DNA of 28,149 nucleotides from contig WRCO01000015.1 of NCBI GenBank assembly GCA_009783855.1, positions 1-28,149 on the forward strand, given 5' to 3'. This document shows positions 1 to 7,815 of this stretch, piece by piece (position 1 is the first letter of the stretch; each line of letters opens with the position of its first letter). The DNA is from Alphaproteobacteria bacterium. GTDB taxonomy: Bacteria; Pseudomonadota; Alphaproteobacteria; Rs-D84. A model generated the notes under the pieces. That model ran no database searches and had not been told where the DNA came from. It saw nothing but the letters and a program-made list of their open reading frames with translations. The position numbers and the translations under genes are program-made.

Positions 1-102
1 AATGGGATATTTATCCCCAAAAAACACACCCATCACCAGGCGGAACGTTTTTATCCCACCCGCCTTCGCTCCGCTCCGGCGCGGCTCGCGAAGTAACTTA
101 CA

Positions 103-123
103 TGTGTGTGTGTGTGTGTGTGT
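103..123. repeat. (TG)n dinucleotide microsatellite, ~10 units
   Basis: Read directly: catgtgtgtgtgtgtgtgtgtgtagc in a region with no convincing ORF. Confidence 0.9.
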
Positions 124-280
124 AGCTTTCTGCGGGTTTCAACGCGGTGTGCCTGTAGGGGACGAATATCCTCGGCCTCATGGGACCTTCGATAGCCGAC
201 CCCTGCAAACCGTGTGATGCGTTCTACAAATCTCATAGCGGGATTATAGCATAAAAGCAATCAAATATATGTAAAACATC

Positions 281-300
281 TTGTCTACTATAGTAGACAA
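281..300. repeat. 20-bp perfect palindrome TTGTCTACTATAGTAGACAA (T-variant of the palindrome family found at 25-28 kb)
   Basis: Exact self-complementary 20-mer; identical to copy at 26582-26601 and 18/20 identical to TTGTCCACTATAGTGGACAA copies. Confidence 0.9.
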
Positions 301-335
301 CCATAAATAACTGACGCAGTAATCCAACATTAAAA

Positions 336-361
336 ATCCCGCCAAGTGGCGGGATTTTTTG
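336..361. terminator. Bidirectional rho-independent terminator hairpin (ATCCCGCC-aagt-GGCGGGAT) flanked by A-run and T-run; ends dsbA-like gene
   Basis: taaaaATCCCGCCaagtGGCGGGATttttttg immediately downstream (minus strand) of stop at 365. Confidence 0.7.
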
Positions 362-364
362 TCA

Positions 365-1201
365 TTACTTCAACGCATTTATAATGTCGTCGTACGGCAT
401 CGCACCCGGGAAGGCACGGTCGCCGATAATGATAAACGGCACGCCGCGGACATCAAGCCTTTCGACCAATTCGCGAATCTGGTTCGCTTCTTGGCGGACC
501 GCGCTTCCGCGCATGTCGTTTTCAAGCTGGGCCACGTCAAGCCCGACTTCCCGCGCAGCGTCCATCACACCTTTTTCAATGGCCTTCACCATTTCTTCCG
601 GCGTTGTCGCGCGGCCTGCGGCTTCCAACCAATCGCGGTTGCCGTGGAAATAATCGGATAATGCGACAGCCTTGTCATTGCTTTGCAATTTCGCGGCAAT
701 CATCGCGCGCACAGCGGCGTCGGAACGCGGACCGTGTATCGACCACGCTTTGATAACAACGCGGACGTCGTCGCGGTCTTCAATCACGCGGTTAAGTTCG
801 CGATGCGCATGGATGCACGCCGGGCAAGTCGGAACGGTAAACATGAATATGGTATGTTTCGCATCCGGGTTGCCCTTTATCGGCGCGAACTGTGTCATTC
901 TGTCGCCCTGTTCCCGAAGGATGCGGCGCACCTCGCGTCTTGATACGGCTTGTTGCGGCTGGCGCTGAGCCGCTTCAATCATTTCTTGTAAAATCATCGG
1001 GTTCGACCGGACAAGGTAATGACTTACGCCAAGTCCCATGCGGTTGATGCCGATAACCAGGAAGGCAATGGAAAGAAGCATGACGCCCTTTTTGCCCCAG
1101 TATATGGTCTGCGTATCTTTTTTGCCGACTTTTTGGAACAAAAGTTCGTTGCCGGCAAAGAGAGCAATCGCAAGGACCAGAATTAAGATTGTCCAAATCA
1201 T
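365..1201 (-). CDS. DsbA-family thiol:disulfide oxidoreductase with N-terminal membrane segments (CxxC = CPAC)
   Basis: 278 aa; FTVPTCPACIHAH thioredoxin-fold CxxC motif, two N-terminal hydrophobic helices; SD aaggaga 7 nt before ATG at 1201. Confidence 0.7.
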   Translation of the reverse strand: MIWTILILVLAIALFAGNELLFQKVGKKDTQTIYWGKKGVMLLSIAFLVIGINRMGLGVSHYLVRSNPMILQEMIEAAQRQPQQAVSRREVRRILREQGDRMTQFAPIKGNPDAKHTIFMFTVPTCPACIHAHRELNRVIEDRDDVRVVIKAWSIHGPRSDAAVRAMIAAKLQSNDKAVALSDYFHGNRDWLEAAGRATTPEEMVKAIEKGVMDAAREVGLDVAQLENDMRGSAVRQEANQIRELVERLDVRGVPFIIIGDRAFPGAMPYDDIINALK

Positions 1202-1246
1202 AGAGTTTCTCCTTGTTTTGTTGAACTTCGCGATTGTACCAGAAAT

Positions 1247-1894
1247 TCAGGCGGATGCAAGGGGAAATATCGCGCGTTCTATTGGTAATTTCACGCCGTG
1301 GGTCAAAGCCGCGCGGGAAAGAAAAAACCGCGTCGCCGCCAAATCGACGGGCATCGGAAATACATGTTCCATATATGGCGCGGCGCATTCCGCGCAAACC
1401 GCCCGGCCCGTCCTTTGGGACAGGAATTCCAAACCGGCCGCCCGACCGCACCCGCCGCACGCCGATAAATCAAGCGCGTACCCAAGCGACCGTAACAGAT
1501 GAACCTCCCAATCCAAATACCGCGCCGCGGATGGCAACCGCAGCATTTCAATCGTCATATCGAACAGCGGCGCGTCTTCCGCCCGTTCGGGCAACAGCGT
1601 CGTCAAAAGAGCAAACGCGGAATTCATAAACGACAGCGCCGCCGAATCCGACATTAACGGCGCCGCCATATTGCGTTCGGATTCAAAATGAAATACCCCC
1701 AATTGAGAATCAAGCCGCGCATTCCATGAACACGGTCCGTATTGCCCGACAAGCGGTTTGTTTTTCCGCGCGACCTGTGCCCCCTTCATCATTCCGGCAA
1801 GGACGCCGTGGCCCCGCGTGAATATTCGCGCGATGCTGTCCCGTTCTTCAAACGGCCGCAATCCGATAATAATGCCGACACTTTCAAGTTTCAT
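1247..1894 (-). CDS. recO: DNA repair protein RecO
   Basis: 215 aa; N-terminal OB-fold-like segment, C-terminal zinc finger CGGCG...CAEC typical of RecO. Confidence 0.75.
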   Translation of the reverse strand: MKLESVGIIIGLRPFEERDSIARIFTRGHGVLAGMMKGAQVARKNKPLVGQYGPCSWNARLDSQLGVFHFESERNMAAPLMSDSAALSFMNSAFALLTTLLPERAEDAPLFDMTIEMLRLPSAARYLDWEVHLLRSLGYALDLSACGGCGRAAGLEFLSQRTGRAVCAECAAPYMEHVFPMPVDLAATRFFLSRAALTHGVKLPIERAIFPLASA

Positions 1895-1933
1895 GGCAAC
1901 AGTATATAGCAGAAAATAAAAAGCGAAAAGAAC

Positions 1934-1961
1934 AAAAAATCCCGCTTTGCGGGATTTTTTT
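1934..1961. terminator. Bidirectional intrinsic terminator hairpin (ATCCCGC-ttt-GCGGGAT) with flanking A/T runs; ends flotillin transcription unit
   Basis: aaaaaATCCCGCtttGCGGGATttttttt; near-identical in sequence to hairpins at 336 and 3806. Confidence 0.7.
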
Positions 1962-1969
1962 ATAAGGCA

Positions 1970-2086
1970 TCACATTTGCCGCATTCCGTCCAGAACGATT
2001 TTTTGGCGAATCTCGGCGGGAGCGGGCGATTTTTCAATACCGTATTTTTCACGAATTGCATTATAGCCTGATGAATTTACAGTCAT
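1970..2086 (-). CDS. Small ORF (38 aa, MTVNSSGYNAIREKYGIEKSPAPAEIRQKIVLDGMRQM) downstream of flotillin gene
   Basis: Manually translated; strong SD (aaagagg) 9 nt upstream of ATG at 2086; below ORF-track size cut-off; no homology recognised. Confidence 0.25.
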   Translation of the reverse strand: MTVNSSGYNAIREKYGIEKSPAPAEIRQKIVLDGMRQM

Positions 2087-2163
2087 GCGGGCACCTCTTT
2101 TCATGCCAAAAACAACCCGGAGAATTTAATACTTTTTCTGGGTTGTTTTTGACGCCTTTGTTT

Positions 2164-3693
2164 TTACTTTTGATTAACACCTTTCACCAAAGCAAATTTT
2201 TCAATCACTTCTTTCATCGTATCGATAAAGCCTTTGCCATCGGCCGCGTTTTTAAGCGCGGTATCCGCCGCCCCAAGCTTGGTCGCGAATTCAGGCGTGA
2301 ACAAATCACCAACCGATTGCAAGCCCGATTGAACGCTGCCACCGGTATTCGCAACGACGCTGATGTTGGCTTTTTCAAGCGCCTTAGCTTGTTCGACTCC
2401 GACAAGCGCATTTTGTTTGGCGCGTTCAATCTCAACATCGGCGTTACGCTGTACAGTTTCAAGGTTGACCAGATATTCCTGATAGCCTTTGTTTTCGCCA
2501 ATCTTTTCCGCCAAAGTCGTTTCCGCTGTAACGCGCGCCAACTGCATCTGCTTTTCGGCATCCGCGGCGGCCGTTCCGACTTCTTTGACACCCTTTGCTT
2601 CCGCCATTTTTGCAGCGATTACTGCGTCCGCGTCTTTCTTGGCCGCATCAAGTTTGGCGGTCGCGATTGTTTCGACATTATATTTTTCCGCATCGGTTTG
2701 GATTTGGATTTGTTCCCTTTCCGCTTCGGTATCTATAATACGTTTTTCTTTGTCTTGGTTAGCCTGGATGATTGTTTGCTTTTTGACCGTTTCGGCATCA
2801 ATGACCGCTTTTTCTTGGTCTATCTGGGCCTGGGTCAGCGCTTTTACCTTTTCAACGGCAAGGTCTTTTTCCGCAGTGGTTTTTGCGGATTCGGCAATTT
2901 CTTGTTTTGATTTTTCTTGCGCGATTCCGATCAATTGGTCGCGTTCTGCTTCCTTTTCGCCGACGATGCGGGCGGTGTCCGCCTTTTTGACATCAACTTC
3001 TTGCGCTGCTTCGATTTCCGCGGTTTCGGCCAGTTTTTTGTTTTCAGCAACTGTCACGCGGCTGTCCTTTTCGATTTCAGACATTTTCTTGGCCATGATA
3101 TTCGCTATGACGCTTGACCCGGCGCTGTCACGAATGTCCATCAGTTCGATGTTTTTGACCGCCACCACGCCCCATTCTTTCAACTGTTCGCTGACCGCGT
3201 CGGTGAACTGTTGTCCGTATTTAGAGCGTTCTTCCATAATTTCCTGGAGCGGCGCTTTTGCCATGATGTTACGAACGGCGCCTTGGACGATAGCCGCCAA
3301 GTGCCCTTTCAATTCGTCGAACGACGATACTCTTTCTGCGGCCCGGTCGGTGTCGGATATGCGGAAGAATGTGTGTATGTCGACTACGAACGGCACGCGG
3401 TCCTGGTCGTACGCTTCGTATCTGTCGATAAGAATATTAAAGTTGGTCACGGGCAGTTCCTTTACATCCACGCCAAGCACGGGAATCCATTTCGGCCATT
3501 CGTAGTACACGTTTCCATGAGAACTCTCTTTACCATAAGAAGTCGTCTTTTTCCGGGTCTGCACAATGTGCATCTTGTCGACCGGCACGATTGTGCGCCA
3601 GGACAGAATTTTTCCGGCGGTGATGATGGCGGTAAGCGACGGAAGCCCAACCGCAACCCCAAGTCTTATAATTTCATTCATATTTCCAATCAT
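2164..3693 (-). CDS. Flotillin / SPFH (band 7) domain protein (YqiK-like)
   Basis: 509 aa; N-terminal membrane anchor, SPFH-like region then long charged EA-rich coiled-coil (KEAERDQL...AEKDLAVEKVKAL) typical of bacterial flotillins; SD aaggaaag before ATG. Confidence 0.75.
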   Translation of the reverse strand: MIGNMNEIIRLGVAVGLPSLTAIITAGKILSWRTIVPVDKMHIVQTRKKTTSYGKESSHGNVYYEWPKWIPVLGVDVKELPVTNFNILIDRYEAYDQDRVPFVVDIHTFFRISDTDRAAERVSSFDELKGHLAAIVQGAVRNIMAKAPLQEIMEERSKYGQQFTDAVSEQLKEWGVVAVKNIELMDIRDSAGSSVIANIMAKKMSEIEKDSRVTVAENKKLAETAEIEAAQEVDVKKADTARIVGEKEAERDQLIGIAQEKSKQEIAESAKTTAEKDLAVEKVKALTQAQIDQEKAVIDAETVKKQTIIQANQDKEKRIIDTEAEREQIQIQTDAEKYNVETIATAKLDAAKKDADAVIAAKMAEAKGVKEVGTAAADAEKQMQLARVTAETTLAEKIGENKGYQEYLVNLETVQRNADVEIERAKQNALVGVEQAKALEKANISVVANTGGSVQSGLQSVGDLFTPEFATKLGAADTALKNAADGKGFIDTMKEVIEKFALVKGVNQK

Positions 3694-3804
3694 GGTCTTT
3701 CCTTTTTTTGTTGTTCTCTCTGCTTGTGATATTACCTTCCCCTTTGGCTTTTTGTCAAGAGAGAATTAATAGCTCCAACGAATATATTTGGCAAATTCAG
3801 GGGG

Positions 3805-3835
3805 TAAAAAATCCGCCGGGTGGCGGATTTTTTTA
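3805..3835. terminator. Bidirectional intrinsic terminator (ATCCGCC-gggt-GGCGGAT) after rplI
   Basis: aaaaaATCCGCCgggtGGCGGATtttttt located 4 nt past rplI stop on minus strand. Confidence 0.7.
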
Positions 3836-4477
3836 TTCGGTGACTTCCTTGTCCGCCGGAACATCGGCAGGGGCGGATTCAACAACCTCTTCCGCGGCTT
3901 CGACCGGTGCTTCCGGCGCGGCCTTGTCCGCCGGAGCATCGGCAGAGGCGGATTCGCTTGCCTCGGTCGCGTCAACCTTCTTTGTGCCGAATGTCAGAAT
4001 TTTTCCAGCGACAAGCGCGTCGATTTCATCCTGGGTCTGCGCGACATAAATCTTTACCGGGACAATCACGTCGGCGTGCAATGCGATTTTCGTATCGAAC
4101 GCGCCGATGGATTTAATCGGCGTGCCAAGCAATACCTGGCTTGATTCGACCACGACGCCGGTAAGCTCTTTAAGCATGCGCGCGATATCGCGGCTTGACA
4201 CGGAACCGTACAGATGGCCGGTGTCACCCGCGCTGCGAATCATGTGGAACTTTGCGGTTTCGACGGCTTTTACCTGACTTTCTGCGGTGGTAATCGCCGC
4301 GGCCTGTTTTGCCTGTAATTCGGCTTTCTTCGTTTCGAACAAAGCGATATTACCCTTTGACCAGCGCAGAGCCTTGCCGCCCGGCAAAAGATAATTGCGC
4401 GCGTATCCGGTTGCGACATCGACGGTGTCGCCGATATTGCCAAGTTTGGAAATTTTTTCTGTAAGTATGATTTTCAT
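3833..4477 (-). CDS. rplI: 50S ribosomal protein L9 with acidic Ala/Pro/Glu-rich C-terminal tail
   Basis: MKIILTEKISKLGNIGDTVDVATGYARNYLLPGGKA... canonical L9 N-domain; third gene of rpsF-rpsR-rplI. Confidence 0.9.
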   Translation of the reverse strand: MKIILTEKISKLGNIGDTVDVATGYARNYLLPGGKALRWSKGNIALFETKKAELQAKQAAAITTAESQVKAVETAKFHMIRSAGDTGHLYGSVSSRDIARMLKELTGVVVESSQVLLGTPIKSIGAFDTKIALHADVIVPVKIYVAQTQDEIDALVAGKILTFGTKKVDATEASESASADAPADKAAPEAPVEAAEEVVESAPADVPADKEVTE

Positions 4478-4569
4478 AATCTGTCCTTTTGTAAGTTAGG
4501 GCGTTGCCCAGATTAGCCTTATATACAAAATCAATTCAGGTGGTGCAGATGCGCCGCATCAATTGATTT

Positions 4570-4797
4570 TTACCCAATATTGTTTCTGACAAACGGAATC
4601 AATCCGATATGCCTTGCCCTCTTAATCGCCTGGGCCAGTTTACGCTGGTCCTTTTGGCTTACTCCGCTTATACGGCTTGGGATAATTTTACCGCGTTCGG
4701 TGATATATCCTTCAAGCATTTTTTTGTTTTTGTAATCAATCTCTTTGCCCTTTAACGGGTTGGATTTTTTGCGATATATCGCAGCTCTTACAGCCAT
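4570..4797 (-). CDS. rpsR: 30S ribosomal protein S18
   Basis: 75 aa; ...IDYKN...LIPFVRNN canonical S18. Confidence 0.9.
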   Translation of the reverse strand: MAVRAAIYRKKSNPLKGKEIDYKNKKMLEGYITERGKIIPSRISGVSQKDQRKLAQAIKRARHIGLIPFVRNNIG

Positions 4798-5132
4798 TAC
4801 TCCACCTCTTCTTGTTTTTTCATCATAACGGACGGGCCTTTGGCCAGTTCTTCAACGCGGACGTTAAGAAAACGGATAAGGTCTTCGTCAATGCGTTCGC
4901 GGCGCTCGAATTCGGACAACTGCGCGCCCGGCATTTCGACGTTGAAGAACACATAGTGCGCTTTTTTATTCTTGCGGATAATATACGCAAGGTTTTTCAG
5001 GCCCCAGAATTCCGAAGACACAACCTTGCCGCCAAGCTCTTTGATGATGTCGGTGAATTTTTGCGCCTTTTCTTTGACCTGCGCTTCGGTCAAGTCCTGG
5101 CGAAAAACCAAGACGCTTTCATAGAATGCCAT
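4797..5132 (-). CDS. rpsF: 30S ribosomal protein S6
   Basis: [21 protein letters not shown]... canonical S6; stop overlaps rpsR start (4797). Confidence 0.9.
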   Translation of the reverse strand: MAFYESVLVFRQDLTEAQVKEKAQKFTDIIKELGGKVVSSEFWGLKNLAYIIRKNKKAHYVFFNVEMPGAQLSEFERRERIDEDLIRFLNVRVEELAKGPSVMMKKQEEVE

Positions 5133-5227
5133 GTTTGCTCCTTTGGATTTATAGCCGGCAACACAACGTCACCAGCAGGAAAGCACGGCTATTATGAACA
5201 AATTTTCATGGAAATCAAGAAAAAACG

Positions 5228-5665
5228 TTATCTTTTCCTCTGCGGCAAAGGCACCGGCACCGCGAACCGAATGCCAACGTTGGGATTTCGGACCGCATCT
5301 TGCAACCTCTTGGTGGACAAATCGGTCATATTAAGGTCAAGGTCGATATACGGCACTATGACGCCCCGCCTTATAAGCGCGTCAATCTTTTTATAAAATC
5401 GCCAATCGCCGCCAATCGGGGGCACATATATTTTTTGGCGGCGGACGTAATCCAGCGTTACGGACATATGCCGGTCTTCTTTGTCGCATGGCCAAATCTG
5501 GTATTCGCATGTAAGGGAAAAGTGATTCTTCCACACCGGCTTTTTATCAAACCCGCCAAGCGTATCGGTAAGCGTCTTGTTCTCTTGCGCCGGGATAACC
5601 TTTGCGATGAAAAGCATCAAGAATACAAGCGCAAGCGTATTAAAAGAATTCCTTGTAAACCGCAT
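5228..5665 (-). CDS. Hypothetical secreted protein (signal peptide)
   Basis: 145 aa; N-terminal MRFTRNSFNTLALVFLMLFIAKVIPAQE signal-like segment; no recognised domain. Confidence 0.45.
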   Translation of the reverse strand: MRFTRNSFNTLALVFLMLFIAKVIPAQENKTLTDTLGGFDKKPVWKNHFSLTCEYQIWPCDKEDRHMSVTLDYVRRQKIYVPPIGGDWRFYKKIDALIRRGVIVPYIDLDLNMTDLSTKRLQDAVRNPNVGIRFAVPVPLPQRKR

Positions 5666-5779
5666 CCGGGCATTTTAGACAAACAAATCCCGATGTCAAA
5701 GTAAAAGTTAGATTGGAATTTGATGACACAGAAAATCATATTGACGAGGCTTTCGATTTTTTACTAAGATAGACCGAGA

Positions 5780-6586
5780 ATGAACACGCAATTTCATAAA
5801 AATCTTAATCGAATGGCTTTGTTTACCGCGCTTGTCGCGGCGGGGATTGTCTTTTTCCACGAAGAATTCATCGCCATCGCGCTTAACAACATCTGGCTTA
5901 ACGGCGTTATTATCGGCGCGACTTTGTTCGGCATCGGGCTTTGCTTTATGGATATGTTCCGCCTTCTTCCCGAATACACATGGCTTCACAAATTCTTTTA
6001 CACTCCGGCGCGGACCGCCGAATTGCCGCCGCGCCTGTTCCGCCCGATTGCAATCATATTGAACCGCGCGAAAACCGACCGCAACCATTATATATCGCCC
6101 CAGACTTTGGATAACTTCCTTAACATAATACTGGGCCGATTCGAAGACAGCCGCGAAGCGGTCCGGTACATTACGAATACTTTGATATTCCTTGGGCTGC
6201 TTGGAACATTCTGGGGGCTTATCACGACCGTCGGCGGATTTGGGGAATTGATGTCCGCGATGGATTTCACCGACGACGCCATCATGACCACGATGCAGCA
6301 TAATCTTGCCGTGCCGCTTTCCGGCATGGGCACGGCGTTTTCGACTTCGCTTCTTGGTCTTGGCGGGTCGCTTATCGTCGGATTTCTGGGACTTCAGGCA
6401 TCGCTTGCCCAGAATGCCATATTCCGCGAATTGGAAGAAAACCTTTCCGACCGCGCGCGCCTGTTCGGATTTCTTGGCACCGGCAATCATGGTTATGACG
6501 GCGCGCTTCCATACGTCAACGCGGCGGCGCGGGATTTATCGAAATCTATCGACCGATTGGAAAAGACGATTGGGAAACTTAAATAA
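5780..6586 (+). CDS. MotA/TolQ/ExbB-family proton-channel protein (4 TM, large TM2-TM3 cytoplasmic loop)
   Basis: 268 aa; TM pattern 2+2 with ~100-aa loop; LGLLGTFWGLITT and ...MGTAFSTSLLGLGGSLIVGFLG resemble MotA/TolQ channel helices. Confidence 0.65.
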   Translation: MNTQFHKNLNRMALFTALVAAGIVFFHEEFIAIALNNIWLNGVIIGATLFGIGLCFMDMFRLLPEYTWLHKFFYTPARTAELPPRLFRPIAIILNRAKTDRNHYISPQTLDNFLNIILGRFEDSREAVRYITNTLIFLGLLGTFWGLITTVGGFGELMSAMDFTDDAIMTTMQHNLAVPLSGMGTAFSTSLLGLGGSLIVGFLGLQASLAQNAIFRELEENLSDRARLFGFLGTGNHGYDGALPYVNAAARDLSKSIDRLEKTIGKLK

Positions 6587-6601
6587 GGGGACAAGAGAGA
6601 G

Positions 6602-7768
6602 ATGTTAAAATACAGAGTCAAGGAGAGAACAAACACATGGCCCGGTTTTGTGGACTTGTTTTCCAACCTTGTCATCATACTTATATTTCTGCTTATCGTG
6701 TTTGTGTTTCTTTGGGCGACGACGAACGTATTCGGGACAAGCGGCGGCATCCGTCAGATTGCCTCGCTTACAAGACAGAACATCGAAAAGACCGAAGAGC
6801 TTGAACAACTTCGCATAAGCGAAGAGCGCGCACGCGAACTTTTGATACTTGCCCACAGCGCGCTGCAGGCGCTTGAAGAAGATAACCAGGCATTGCACGA
6901 AGGCATGCACATTGCCCTTGCGGAAAGCGTGGAGCGGGAACACTTGCTTGACGTGACGAACGCGACGCTTTCCGAACTTGTCGCAAGTTACGAACAGAAA
7001 CTTCACGACATGCGAAGCGGCGAGGCGTCGATGCGCGAAATAATCCAAACGTTGGAAGAACAGCTTCGCGTTACCACGCACGACCAGCGATTGCAGACCG
7101 GCGAACTTGAAACTCAGCGCCAGACGCTTGCGGCGGAACTTGCCCGCATGAATGCGTTGCTTGGCGCGGCAGAGGCGCAATCGGCCGCACAGGAAGTGCG
7201 ATACGTCGAACTGTCGACGCGGCTTAACCGCGCGCTTGCCGACAAAGTCGCGGAACTTTCCCAGATGCAGGACAACCTTATGGATGCGGAAATGCGCGCG
7301 GCGTTGATGGGTCAATTCCAATCGGAATTCTATCGCGCCATACGCACGACGCTTGCGGGACTTCCCGGCGTCGACGTGTCAAGCGACCGGTTTTTGATTT
7401 CAAGCGATATATTGTTCGCGGTCGGCTCGTTCGCGCTTTCACCGGATGGAAGACAGCAAATCGGACTTATCGCGCGCGTCATAAGCGAATTGGAAGAAAA
7501 AATTCCACAGGGCACCCAATGGATAATCCGCGTCGACGGGCATACGGACATACAGCCGGTCGTACTTGGAAACCGCGGATTCCGGAACAATACCGAATTG
7601 TCGCTTTTGCGCGCACAGGCAGTAGTGAACGAGCTTGTCCGCGCAGGCGTGCAACAGCGCCGCCTTATACCGTCCGGATTCGGCGAATTGTTCCCGATTG
7701 CCGAAGACACCGACCCGGCGTCATTGCAAAAAAACCGCCGCATAGAATTGCGGTTGACAAACCCGTAA
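6602..7768 (+). CDS. MotB/OmpA-like peptidoglycan-binding protein with N-terminal TM and ~200-aa coiled-coil linker
   Basis: 388 aa; WPGFVDLFSNLVIILIFLL TM, heptad-rich Q/E/L region (res 50-250), C-terminal OmpA-like domain (...NRGFRNNTELSLLRAQAVVNEL...NRRIELRL); SD aagggga; 15-bp after upstream gene. Confidence 0.65.
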   Translation: MLKYRVKERTNTWPGFVDLFSNLVIILIFLLIVFVFLWATTNVFGTSGGIRQIASLTRQNIEKTEELEQLRISEERARELLILAHSALQALEEDNQALHEGMHIALAESVEREHLLDVTNATLSELVASYEQKLHDMRSGEASMREIIQTLEEQLRVTTHDQRLQTGELETQRQTLAAELARMNALLGAAEAQSAAQEVRYVELSTRLNRALADKVAELSQMQDNLMDAEMRAALMGQFQSEFYRAIRTTLAGLPGVDVSSDRFLISSDILFAVGSFALSPDGRQQIGLIARVISELEEKIPQGTQWIIRVDGHTDIQPVVLGNRGFRNNTELSLLRAQAVVNELVRAGVQQRRLIPSGFGELFPIAEDTDPASLQKNRRIELRLTNP

Positions 7769-7815
7769 ACCCGGCACTCTTTTTTACCCCGCCCAATATA
7801 TTGGACACGCGTTGT

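Noticed and set aside
2056-3505. Plus-strand ORFs 2056..2910, 2489..3505 and 3211..3729 opposite the flotillin gene
   Set aside because: Low-complexity Ser/Ala/Phe-rich translations with no RBS. They are antisense shadows of the highly charged flotillin coiled-coil gene.
5708-7321. Minus-strand ORFs 5708..6490 and 6605..7321 (Arg/Lys-rich)
   Set aside because: They are antisense to the MotA-like and MotB-like genes, which have coherent TM and domain architecture. The basic composition is typical of reverse frames of GC-rich genes.
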